Sequence record: DRR723986_2443
Length of the DNA: 64,000 nt
Direction: 5' to 3' (one strand)
Part shown: positions 20,363 through 29,253 of the stretch, one piece after another
Layout: every line of letters begins with the position of its first letter
Position numbering within the stretch: position 1 is the stretch's first letter
Position numbers and translations under genes: made by a program
The notes under the pieces: model-generated
The model's input: the letters and a program-made list of their open reading frames with translations, nothing else
Database searches by the model: none
Told to the model about the DNA's origin: nothing

Positions 20363-21916
20363 TCATTTGTCCTCGTGATACTCTTTAACGTAAGCATTCA
20401 AAAGTCGAATGCCGAAGCCGCGAGAGCCCGGTGAGGCTTTGGTTGGGCTTGCTGTGTCCGAATAGGCAATGCCGGCGATATCAAAGTGCGCCCACGGCGT
20501 GGTTTCGCGCACAAAGGTACCAAGGAAAGCGGCCCCTGCGCTTGCGCCCGGCGCCCCGGGGCCCGAGTTCATCACATCGGCCACGTTATTTTTAATTGCC
20601 TTGAAGTGATTGGCGTTCAGCGGCAGGCGCCACAAGGTGTCACCGGTTTTTGTTCCCAGTGCCAAGAGTGTATTGGCTAAATCATCATGGCGCGAGAACA
20701 GCGCGCCGTAATCGCCGCCCAATGCAGCACGCGCAGAACCGGTCAGGGTTGCCAGATTAATCAGCGCAATCGGGTTATAGGTCGTGTCGGCGTAATACAG
20801 GCCGTCTGCCAGCACCAAACGCCCCTCGGCATCGGTTGAGCGAATTTGTATGGTCTTACCCGACAGGGATTTGACCACATCGCCGGGGCGCTGTGCGTTG
20901 CCGCCGGGCATATTTTCAGCCAGCGCCGCAATCGCCACGGCGTTTACTTTGGCTTTGCGTCCTGCCAGTGCATGGATGGTGCCCACCGCACTTGCCGCGC
21001 CCGACATGTCAAACTTCATGTTCCACATATTTGGTGGGTTTTTCAGGCTGATGCCGCCGGTGTCGAAGGTAATACCCTTGCCGGCAATCACCACCGGCGC
21101 ATCGCCGTCTTTGCCGCCCATATATTCAATAATCATCATGCGCGGCGGGCGCTTGCTGCCGCGGCCTACGCCGTATATGGCGCCCATGCCCATTTCCAGC
21201 ATTTCCTGTTCGTCGATTACCTTAATCGAGATATCATCCATGCCGTCAAAATGCGCGGTCCAGCGGTCAACAAAAGACTGTGGGTAGATAACATTGGCGG
21301 GCTCGTTCGAGACATCCCGTGTGTACCAAATGGCGTTGGCCACCGGGTCAAGCTCGGCGCGGAACATGCGCCGCGCATCTCGGTACTCGTCCGCAACAAT
21401 GGTCAGTGTCTCGATGCTTTTTTGCCGGTCTTCGGCAGTGTAATATTTGTCAAAATAATAGCTACCAAGCTTGGCACCGAAGCCAAACTGGGCAAGGGCG
21501 TTGTCTTTGATATCCAGCACAAAGGCAAAGTCGCTTTGAAAGGCCGTAACGGCTTTTTGTGCCGCACTGCCGCCCATGTTCTGGTAGGTCAGGTCATCCT
21601 GCGCGTTTGTTTCTGCGCCAAGCCCAATGAGCAATATTTGTTTCGCATCAATGCCCTCAGCCGCTGGAATCAGCAAGGACTGCATGGGCTGGCCGTTGAA
21701 GCCTGCTGCATTTATCGCATAGGAAAGTGCACCGTCAGAGGCCCGGTCAAGGCGCGCGCCAAAGCCGCCCAGCTTGCCACCTGCAAAAACGCCCAGCGCG
21801 ATGCCTTTGGTTTCTGGCATATCATCGGTGAACTTCACCGTTGTTTGGGCCGTAGCTGAGATGGTGAATACACTCACAAAAAAGGCCACTAAAATCGACT
21901 TAAACAATGCGCTCAT
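20363..21916 (-). CDS. M17 leucyl aminopeptidase with predicted signal peptide
   Basis: GKGITFDTGG, MKFDMSG, STDAEGRLVLAD, WAHFDIAG; hydrophobic N-terminus ending ATA-Q. Confidence 0.9.
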   Translation of the reverse strand: MSALFKSILVAFFVSVFTISATAQTTVKFTDDMPETKGIALGVFAGGKLGGFGARLDRASDGALSYAINAAGFNGQPMQSLLIPAAEGIDAKQILLIGLGAETNAQDDLTYQNMGGSAAQKAVTAFQSDFAFVLDIKDNALAQFGFGAKLGSYYFDKYYTAEDRQKSIETLTIVADEYRDARRMFRAELDPVANAIWYTRDVSNEPANVIYPQSFVDRWTAHFDGMDDISIKVIDEQEMLEMGMGAIYGVGRGSKRPPRMMIIEYMGGKDGDAPVVIAGKGITFDTGGISLKNPPNMWNMKFDMSGAASAVGTIHALAGRKAKVNAVAIAALAENMPGGNAQRPGDVVKSLSGKTIQIRSTDAEGRLVLADGLYYADTTYNPIALINLATLTGSARAALGGDYGALFSRHDDLANTLLALGTKTGDTLWRLPLNANHFKAIKNNVADVMNSGPGAPGASAGAAFLGTFVRETTPWAHFDIAGIAYSDTASPTKASPGSRGFGIRLLNAYVKEYHEDK

Positions 21917-22165
21917 TATCTACTCCCTAAAGAACTTATGTTTTGATACGGTCTGTAGGAAAATTTGCAAGCCCTGTTGACCATTTTGCGGTGAACAGTG
22001 CCAATCCTATGGTGGTGATAGGAAATGCGGTCAAAATGATCCGGTGACAGCGTTGGTTAATGCCGTCAGTTGTATGAAGCTGGACGGTATCGTATACTCT
22101 ACTTTAAACTAAAGTTTTGGGTAGCTCAGAAAAATACGGAGAATAGTCATGAAAGCGTTTAGCGA

Positions 22166-22660
22166 ATGAAAATTGCAAAATATCTACTCATCGTGGTTTT
22201 CAGTATATCAATAGCTTTCAACAGTTATGCTCTAGAACAAGATACCTTTGCTCCTGATTTCACTTTAAAAAGCAACACAGGGGAAAACATCCGCCTCAGT
22301 GACCTTCGCGGCCAAGTCGTCATGGTGAACTTCTGGACCACTTGGTGCGGCCCTTGCCGACAACAAATGCCGATTGCGGAAGCACTCTATCAACGATACA
22401 ACGAACTCGGTTTTATTATTTTAGGTATTAACATTGATTCTGATTCAGACGGAACAAAAAACATTGTCAAAAACTTAGGTATTACCTACCCCATTCTCTT
22501 TGACGAAGACGATAAAGTCAGCAAAAGCTACAATGTTAGCACAATGCCAAGTGTTTTTTTTATCAACCGAGCGGGCAAACTAAGCAATTTGCAAAGAGGA
22601 TTTAGAATGGGTGACGAAAAAAGATATAAGAAAATAATTCGGGGTTTACTCAGAGAGTAA
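22166..22660 (+). CDS. TlpA-like thiol:disulfide oxidoreductase, exported
   Basis: APDFTL, VNFWTTWCGPC; signal peptide. Confidence 0.9.
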   Translation: MKIAKYLLIVVFSISIAFNSYALEQDTFAPDFTLKSNTGENIRLSDLRGQVVMVNFWTTWCGPCRQQMPIAEALYQRYNELGFIILGINIDSDSDGTKNIVKNLGITYPILFDEDDKVSKSYNVSTMPSVFFINRAGKLSNLQRGFRMGDEKRYKKIIRGLLRE

Positions 22661-22762
22661 CCCAGCACAACCCTTGTGGGCTGTATTGGAAGCCTCATGC
22701 TCAACACTGATACAAACAGCTTTGGGTAAGGCGTTAGCAATAGTAGCGGCCCACTTTTCGCG

Positions 22763-24067
22763 TCAGGTTGATCGCCCAAGCATCCGCTCGCCCGCTATCC
22801 AGGTCTCGCCGATGGAGCGGTCATCGCCGAGGATGGAGAGCACAAACAGGGTTTCTTCGATGGTTTTGCAGTGTTTCAAGCGGCGCTCTAACAGCGGGGT
22901 CGCCTTCATATCATACACCAGAAAATCTGCTTCTTTGCCAATCTCTAAAGTACCCACTTTGTCTGTCATATTCAGGGCCTTGGCTCCGCCGAGTGTGGCC
23001 AGGTAGAAGGACTTGAACGGGTCCAACTTGTCGCCGCGCAGTTGGCAAACTTTGTAGGCCTCATTCAGGGTCTCCAGCATGGAAAAGCTGGTGCCTGCGC
23101 CCACATCGGTACCCATGCCCACGGTCACACCGTATTTTTCGGCTTCGCGCAAGTTAAACAGGCCACTGCCCAAAAACAGGTTGGAGGTTGGGCAAAAAGC
23201 AATGGCGGCGTCTGCCTCTGCCATGCGCTGATATTCTGCGCCGTTCATGTGAATACAGTGGGCGAACACGCTTTGGTTGGTGAGCAGGCCAAAGCGGGCA
23301 TAAACATCCAGATATCCGTTCGCGTCAGGGTACAGCTCATTCACCCAGTCAATTTCTGCGGTATTTTCCGAGGCGTGGGTGTGCATCAATACATCGGGAT
23401 GTTCCGCCAGCAATTTGCCCGCGCGGGTCAGCTGGTCATCTGAACAGGCCGGGGCAAAGCGCGGTGTGATGGCATAGCCAAGGCGTCCTTTACCGTGCCA
23501 GCGTTTTATCAGTTCGCGGTTGTCCTTATCGCTGCTTTCCGCTGTGTCGCGCACGGCTTCTGGCACGTTGCGGTCCATCAAGGCCTTGCCTGCGACAATG
23601 CGCATGTTCCGCGCAAATGCGGCACTAAACAGCGCCTCAACTGATTGTTTATGCACAGTGCCGTAGACCAGCGCCGTGGTTGTGCCGTTTCTCAGCAGTT
23701 CTTCCAGGAAAAATTCCGCGCAGTCTTCCGCGTGGGCGGGGTCTGCAAACTTTGCCTCAGCCGGAAAGGTGTAATGCTCAAGCCAGTCCAGCAGTTGGTC
23801 GCCGTATGAGGCGATCATATCAAGCTGGGGGTAATGAATATGCGTGTCGATAAAACCGGGGGTGATAAGCGCGCCTGAATGGTCATGAACTTCTGTTGTA
23901 TTCGCCAGCGTAGGTTCAATGTCAGCGCGTTTGCCAATGGCGACGATATGACCGTCCTCAACCACCAGCGTACCATCTGGGATGTATATGTATGACTGTG
24001 CGGCCCCCACCAATGCGGGGTCGTCGACCATGGTAAAAAGGTCACCGTGGATAGCTTTAACAGTCAC
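22763..24067 (-). CDS. guaD: Guanine deaminase
   Basis: PGFIDTHIHYPQ, TPRFA, HTHASEN, CPTSNLFLGSG, GTDVGAG. Confidence 0.95.
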   Translation of the reverse strand: MTVKAIHGDLFTMVDDPALVGAAQSYIYIPDGTLVVEDGHIVAIGKRADIEPTLANTTEVHDHSGALITPGFIDTHIHYPQLDMIASYGDQLLDWLEHYTFPAEAKFADPAHAEDCAEFFLEELLRNGTTTALVYGTVHKQSVEALFSAAFARNMRIVAGKALMDRNVPEAVRDTAESSDKDNRELIKRWHGKGRLGYAITPRFAPACSDDQLTRAGKLLAEHPDVLMHTHASENTAEIDWVNELYPDANGYLDVYARFGLLTNQSVFAHCIHMNGAEYQRMAEADAAIAFCPTSNLFLGSGLFNLREAEKYGVTVGMGTDVGAGTSFSMLETLNEAYKVCQLRGDKLDPFKSFYLATLGGAKALNMTDKVGTLEIGKEADFLVYDMKATPLLERRLKHCKTIEETLFVLSILGDDRSIGETWIAGERMLGRST

Positions 24068-24222
24068 GCAGTTGTTCCCATTATGGTGCTGTATGCCTAA
24101 TTCCGTTCCACAGACTTTGGCAGATTAGCCGGTTAAGCACCACATTTTCATGGGTGCAACCGATATTGATCAATCCTGACCATAGGGTCAACAAGCAAAT
24201 GAAAACAAATGGCTGAAAAGGG

Positions 24223-24789
24223 CTAAAGCTTTTCCGCTAGTACCAAGAAGCGTTTGGGTGTGGCCGGGTCAATCGCGTCGAATGGCCAACAGGTAATGAG
24301 CATAATCTGATCATTTGTTGGCGGCAGCAGAACGCCTTCACGGACATCATATATTCGAGTTTCGCTTACCCGGTAGGGTATGTCGCCCTGCGATGACTGG
24401 AACGAAAATTCATCGCCGCGCTGCACATGCTCTAGCACCGCAAAATGGGTGTCGCGGTGGCCAGACAGAACATGCGGGCCTTCCGGGCCATATTCTTCGT
24501 GCCGTCCAACACCAAAGGCCATGGCCTGATCAGTGGCGCGGTCCAGCACATGGATTTGCTGGCCGCCTACGGTTAGTTTGCCGAGTACGCCGAAATCTGC
24601 CCATGACCAGGGCTTAACCGGCGCGCCGGTTGCCTGCGCGCCGTCATGGGCAATGTCCAACAGGCTGTATGCCAGTCTTGCCTTAACCGGTATCCACAAG
24701 CCGCCCGCCAACAAAACCGCGCCCGAAAGCGCGGTTAGTATCATTAAGGCCTTTAGGCCTCTCACAAAGCTGCCCGTTGTTTGCGCCAC
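24223..24789 (-). CDS. Class GN (marine proteobacterial) sortase
   Basis: WIPVKA, PWSWAD, SGHRDTHF (His), LITCWPF (Cys), KRFLV (Arg); follows its VIT-vWA target. Confidence 0.9.
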   Translation of the reverse strand: MAQTTGSFVRGLKALMILTALSGAVLLAGGLWIPVKARLAYSLLDIAHDGAQATGAPVKPWSWADFGVLGKLTVGGQQIHVLDRATDQAMAFGVGRHEEYGPEGPHVLSGHRDTHFAVLEHVQRGDEFSFQSSQGDIPYRVSETRIYDVREGVLLPPTNDQIMLITCWPFDAIDPATPKRFLVLAEKL

Positions 24790-26900
24790 ATGAGAACCAT
24801 CATCGCGACCGACAACAGCATTAGGCCAAGCCCCATGAGGATGAGCAATATCATAGGCGATGCTGTGCCGCGCGCACGGACCGGTGGCGCTGAAGCCATC
24901 TCTGCTGAAGCTTGCACCAGCCCACGGCTAATGGTCATGCGTTTGCGCGGGGCTGAGCGGAGTTTTGCTGCGTCCATGCCGGCGGGCAGGTTTGCGGCCA
25001 CTTCGCGTTTGTACAAGGGGTCGGCTGGGTCACGCGCAACCTCTTGCTCAACCGCAACCAAGCTGGTGAATTCACTGACTAGATGATAGCCCAGCGCCAG
25101 TGCCAACACATCGCTGCGTCGGGCTTCAAACGCGTCTTTGCCATGGTGGCCAATATAGGACCGGTTGACCATTTGAATTTTGCGGCGCGCCCAAAGGTTT
25201 GCAACACCTTGTGCGGCGCCGTTTTGCGCACGAGGTACGCTCATTGACCAAGGTTTGCCGTCGCGTTCACCGGTTACTTTCAGGCCGCGTGGAATGCGGC
25301 TTTCGCTTTTGAAAGCGATGATGATGGGCTCCCCGTCATACAGGTCTGGGATGACAGTTGGAACCATGTCTCCATCTTTTAATCCGTCGATCTTGATGTT
25401 GGTTAGCTGCGGCCGTTCGATCTTGGCAAACAGCCGTGCCATGGCATTAAGCACATCATCCTGCATGGCAATGTTGATGAAGGTGCCGCGCCCAAAATGG
25501 GCAGCTTCGCTCATGAAATAATTATTGGGCGCACTGCCGATGCCCACCATAAACAAACGGGCAGAGCCCAGACCGGTTTTGATCTGGGCCATCAGGGCAA
25601 CTTCGTTACCCACCGCACCGTCGGTTACAAAAATAATCTGCTTCAGCGCTGGTTGTTCCGCACTCTCATCACTATTGCCTGCAAGGGCGTGCCCAAGCGC
25701 CGATGACATCTCTGTGCCGCCGCCAGCTTCTATATTGGAAACGAAATCAAGTGCCGCATCGATGCTGCGTTCGTTCACTGGCTGACTGCGCGAAAACAAA
25801 GGCTGTGACGTGCTATCGAAAGCAATGATGTTAAAGGTGTCGCCGCCCTTAAGGCGCATAATCGCGCGACGTACTGCCGCCTTGGCTTGTCTGATGGCCT
25901 GACCACCCATGGAGCCGGACCGGTCGAGCACAATGACCAGTTCGCGCGGTGCGGCTTCAACAGCGCGCGGTGTGGTTGATGGAATAAGCATAAGAAGCTT
26001 ATGGTCGCCCGCCTTGGTCTTTTCGCTGAACATGCCGATTTGCGGGGCGGTGTTGGCCTTGGGTTTCCAGCGCAAAATGAAGTCCTGATCGGCGGGCACT
26101 TCGGTGTTGGCCAGCATGATCAAAGCGCTACGGTCTTGTTCAACGATGGTTATTTCATGGCTCGGGCTTGCCAAATCCTCCATTTCAAAGCCGGGGTTGA
26201 GATTAATTTTGAGCGACACCGGGTTGTGGTTGCGTCCTGCACCATCGATCAGTGGCTGGGTGATTTTGCTACCGTCGGGCACTTCATCTGTGTCGAAACC
26301 CCAACCGAGACGGGCTTGTCGGTCATCAAGCGGTTCACCGGGGTTATAGCGCGGGCGCACCACCATTGGAAACCGAAGCTGAAAAACATTATCGCGCGGT
26401 TCGATCAGGTCCTGATATTCGATGGTGATTTTGATCACCTCACCGGGGCCAATGTTGGCCAGACGGGTAGAGAAAATGTTGGGTCGCCTCTGGATAATAA
26501 GACTGGCCCGCTTGCCGCTGTCGCGGGCCCTTTCAAACGTGCGTTTTGCTTGTGCTTTTTCCTGAATTTCACCTTCGATGATCCGTTCGCCTATCTGCAT
26601 TTTCAGTACGTCGATCGCTGATCCCTTGGGAAGGGGGTAGGTGTATATGCCTTCGACCCAAGCGTCGCTTGTATTCTCAAACCGCTGCGTAACCTGTGTA
26701 CGGACAATTGGGCCGGACACGGTCATAACCACATCGGCCGCCAATGAGGGCGCCCGCACCACACGGCCCGGTTTGTCTGTAGCAAAATATAGCCCGCCGG
26801 GTTCAACGGTGTTGACATCATAGGTGGGGGAGGAAGCAGAAGCGGAAGTAAAAGCGGAAAGAAAAATAGCGATTAGAAGCAACAGGCGGGGTTGTGGCAT
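24762..26900 (-). CDS. Marine proteobacterial sortase target protein (VIT + vWA domains, C-terminal TM anchor)
   Basis: Signal peptide from ATG 26900; VIT domain (EGIYTYPLP, IEGEIQEK); MIDAS DRSGSM; FVTDGAVGNE; C-terminal hydrophobic stretch + RKQR. Confidence 0.88.
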   Translation of the reverse strand: MPQPRLLLLIAIFLSAFTSASASSPTYDVNTVEPGGLYFATDKPGRVVRAPSLAADVVMTVSGPIVRTQVTQRFENTSDAWVEGIYTYPLPKGSAIDVLKMQIGERIIEGEIQEKAQAKRTFERARDSGKRASLIIQRRPNIFSTRLANIGPGEVIKITIEYQDLIEPRDNVFQLRFPMVVRPRYNPGEPLDDRQARLGWGFDTDEVPDGSKITQPLIDGAGRNHNPVSLKINLNPGFEMEDLASPSHEITIVEQDRSALIMLANTEVPADQDFILRWKPKANTAPQIGMFSEKTKAGDHKLLMLIPSTTPRAVEAAPRELVIVLDRSGSMGGQAIRQAKAAVRRAIMRLKGGDTFNIIAFDSTSQPLFSRSQPVNERSIDAALDFVSNIEAGGGTEMSSALGHALAGNSDESAEQPALKQIIFVTDGAVGNEVALMAQIKTGLGSARLFMVGIGSAPNNYFMSEAAHFGRGTFINIAMQDDVLNAMARLFAKIERPQLTNIKIDGLKDGDMVPTVIPDLYDGEPIIIAFKSESRIPRGLKVTGERDGKPWSMSVPRAQNGAAQGVANLWARRKIQMVNRSYIGHHGKDAFEARRSDVLALALGYHLVSEFTSLVAVEQEVARDPADPLYKREVAANLPAGMDAAKLRSAPRKRMTISRGLVQASAEMASAPPVRARGTASPMILLILMGLGLMLLSVAMMVLMWRKQRAAL

Positions 26901-26988
26901 AGAGCAGGTCCTTGAAGTGGTACTGATGGGAACCGCAGTTTTAGGTTGTAAGCATGGCTTGATGATGCCGGAACCATGCCGGGTCCAA

Positions 26989-27014
26989 GGCAATGTTGGG
27001 GCAAATTATGGCAG
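26989..27014 (-). promoter_or_regulatory. Tandem GGCAA/TTGCC repeats, candidate OmpR-type response regulator site
   Basis: GGCAA at 26989 and 27000, GGCAG at 27010 (11 and 10 bp spacing), about 90-115 bp upstream of the sortase target start. Confidence 0.4.
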
Positions 27015-27074
27015 AGGGGCGTTTTCGTTGCAGGCAAGCTTGATTTTTGTCCTCATGTGTGGCCGGTTAGAAAA

Positions 27075-27929
27075 ATGACAGAACCACAAAAGCCTTATCC
27101 TACTGAGCAAGAAACGCTGGACCGCGAATATTCACCGAGCTATTTGGTTGATAGTCTTGATGATTATTTGGTCGAGTATGCTGAGCGGAGTTTAGCGGCA
27201 AGAAAGCTGCTGGCTGATAAGGCTAAAATAGGATTAAAATACGGCCCAAACGCGCGGCACCGGCTTGATTTTTTTCATGCTGACCGACCGGGCGCGCCGT
27301 TGGTGGTATTTTTTCACGGCGGCTTTTGGTCAGCACTTGACGAGAGCGCATTCTCGTTTCCAGCGCCAGCTTTCATCGGTGCCGGGGTTAATTATGCCTC
27401 TGTCACATACCAGCTTGCGCCTGAGACGAGCCTTTCCGGGATTGTCGCTGATGCTCACCTTTCGTTTGCGTGGCTTTCGGCGCAGGCCCACCGACTTGGG
27501 TTTGATCCGAACCAGATTATTATTGCCGGTCATTCCGCAGGCGCTCATTTGGCCGCGATGGTGATGACAAGCAAGCCTGTTCTTAAAGGGGCTTTGTTGA
27601 TCAGCGGCGTGTACGACCTTGAGCCTGTGCGCCTAAGCTATGTGAATGATACGGTCAGTATGAATGCTGCTGAGGCGCGTGAAAATAGCCCGTATGCCAA
27701 AATGCCGGATGCCGCCTATGCGACCCATATTGCGGTCGGATCAATTGAAACTAAAGAGTTTAAGCGCCAATCTGGCTTGTTGCACACCTCTTGGAAGCAC
27801 CATTTGTCTTGCTGTCGGTCCATGGAATATGACGGCCGTGACCATTTTAACATAGTGTTTGACTTGGCAGACCCGTCTTCCGCATTGTTTGGTGAAACCT
27901 TAAATTTGGTGAATGTGAATGCCCCTTAG
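27075..27929 (+). CDS. Alpha/beta hydrolase, likely kynurenine formamidase (arylformamidase type)
   Basis: FFHGGFW, GHSAGAHL, SGVYDL, RDHF; overlaps the kynU start. Confidence 0.75.
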   Translation: MTEPQKPYPTEQETLDREYSPSYLVDSLDDYLVEYAERSLAARKLLADKAKIGLKYGPNARHRLDFFHADRPGAPLVVFFHGGFWSALDESAFSFPAPAFIGAGVNYASVTYQLAPETSLSGIVADAHLSFAWLSAQAHRLGFDPNQIIIAGHSAGAHLAAMVMTSKPVLKGALLISGVYDLEPVRLSYVNDTVSMNAAEARENSPYAKMPDAAYATHIAVGSIETKEFKRQSGLLHTSWKHHLSCCRSMEYDGRDHFNIVFDLADPSSALFGETLNLVNVNAP

Positions 27930-29157
27930 CCTGCAAACAGCGAAAGACTTGGACAAAGCTGACCCGCTCGCCTGGACACGCGGTGAATTTATTCTGCCAG
28001 AAGGTATTATTTACCTGGACGGTAATTCGCTAGGCGCTCTGCCGAAGGCTGCGCCCGCACGGGTGGCAGAAATGGTTGAAAAAGAGTGGGGCGAAGGGCT
28101 AATCAGAAGCTGGGGCAATGCAGGCTGGTTCGATAAACCGCTAGAATTAGGGAACCGCATCGGCGCTCTTATTGGCGCGGCTTCCGGCCAAATTGTGGTC
28201 ACTGATAGTATATCGGTCAATTTATACAAACTTGTTTGCGCGGCACTGGAAATGCAGGCGGGCCGCAGGCGGTTGATAACGGATGTTAGTAACTTCCCTT
28301 CCGACATATATGTGCTGCAAGGTATCGAACGCCTGTGGCCGGGTGTTGAAGTGAAACTTATCGGGCGAGACGGTAGCCTTAACGACCTTTTGGATATCGA
28401 CACGGCAGCGGTATTGTTGACCGGCGTGGACTTCAAAACCGGTGAGATGCCCGACATGCGTTCGATCACAAAACAAGTTCAATCAGTAAGCGCCCTGATG
28501 ATTTGGGACCTAGCCCACAGCGCAGGCGCGGTGCCGGTTGATCTGGACGGAGTGGGTGCGGACATGGCGGTTGGCTGCACATACAAATATCTTAACGCTG
28601 GCCCCGGCGCTCCCGCCTTTCTCTATGTTGCTGAGCGCCATCATAGCAAAGCCCGCAGCCCGATCAGCGGCTGGTTTGGCCACAAAGACCCTTTTGCTTT
28701 CGCTGTGGACTATGAACCTGCAAATGACATCCGCCAGTTCCTGGCGGGTACACCGCCAATTGTAAGCTTCGGTCCCCTCGAGGCGTCCCTTGATATTTGG
28801 GAAAAAGTATCAATAGCAGACGTCAGGGCAAAAAGCATGGCTATGGGCGATCTGTTTATCGAATTGATAAGCGGGCTTGACCCGTCATACGGGTTCCATC
28901 TTGTTTCACCGCGTGATGCTACCCTGCGCGGCAGCCAGGTTTCTTACCGACATGAAAATGGCCTCGCTATCATGCGCACCTTAATTGAAGAAGGCGTAAT
29001 CGGTGATTTTCGTGCCCCTGATATCCTGCGGTTTGGTTTCACGCCGCTAACGCTGAGTTATGAAGACGTCTGGCGTGCAATTAAAACTCTCGATAGCGTC
29101 ATGCAATCCGGCAAGTGGCAACGGGCCGATGCAGGTCGCGGCTCGGGCGTTACCTAA
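27919..29157 (+). CDS. kynU: Kynureninase
   Basis: YLDGNSLG, IWDLAHSAG, GCTYKYLNAGPG (PLP Lys), RGSQVS, GDFRAPD. Confidence 0.95.
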   Translation: MPLSLQTAKDLDKADPLAWTRGEFILPEGIIYLDGNSLGALPKAAPARVAEMVEKEWGEGLIRSWGNAGWFDKPLELGNRIGALIGAASGQIVVTDSISVNLYKLVCAALEMQAGRRRLITDVSNFPSDIYVLQGIERLWPGVEVKLIGRDGSLNDLLDIDTAAVLLTGVDFKTGEMPDMRSITKQVQSVSALMIWDLAHSAGAVPVDLDGVGADMAVGCTYKYLNAGPGAPAFLYVAERHHSKARSPISGWFGHKDPFAFAVDYEPANDIRQFLAGTPPIVSFGPLEASLDIWEKVSIADVRAKSMAMGDLFIELISGLDPSYGFHLVSPRDATLRGSQVSYRHENGLAIMRTLIEEGVIGDFRAPDILRFGFTPLTLSYEDVWRAIKTLDSVMQSGKWQRADAGRGSGVT

Positions 29158-29253
29158 GGTCATAAACAACAGTAATAGATTGGTTGATTGCACGGCGACC
29201 GAACGCTAGGGTTCTCGGAATGCCGGGACCGAGTTTGCGGGGGGAGCCACTGG

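Noticed and set aside
20846-21859. 337-aa ORF antisense to the M17 peptidase
   Set aside because: Codon-register shadow of a well-supported gene; no RBS or recognisable motifs
26901-27074. ORF-track N-terminal extensions (26993 on -, 26976 on +; also 2149, 13943, 29188, 59701)
   Set aside because: They overlap neighbours or promoters; downstream starts fit RBS, signal peptide or family N-termini better
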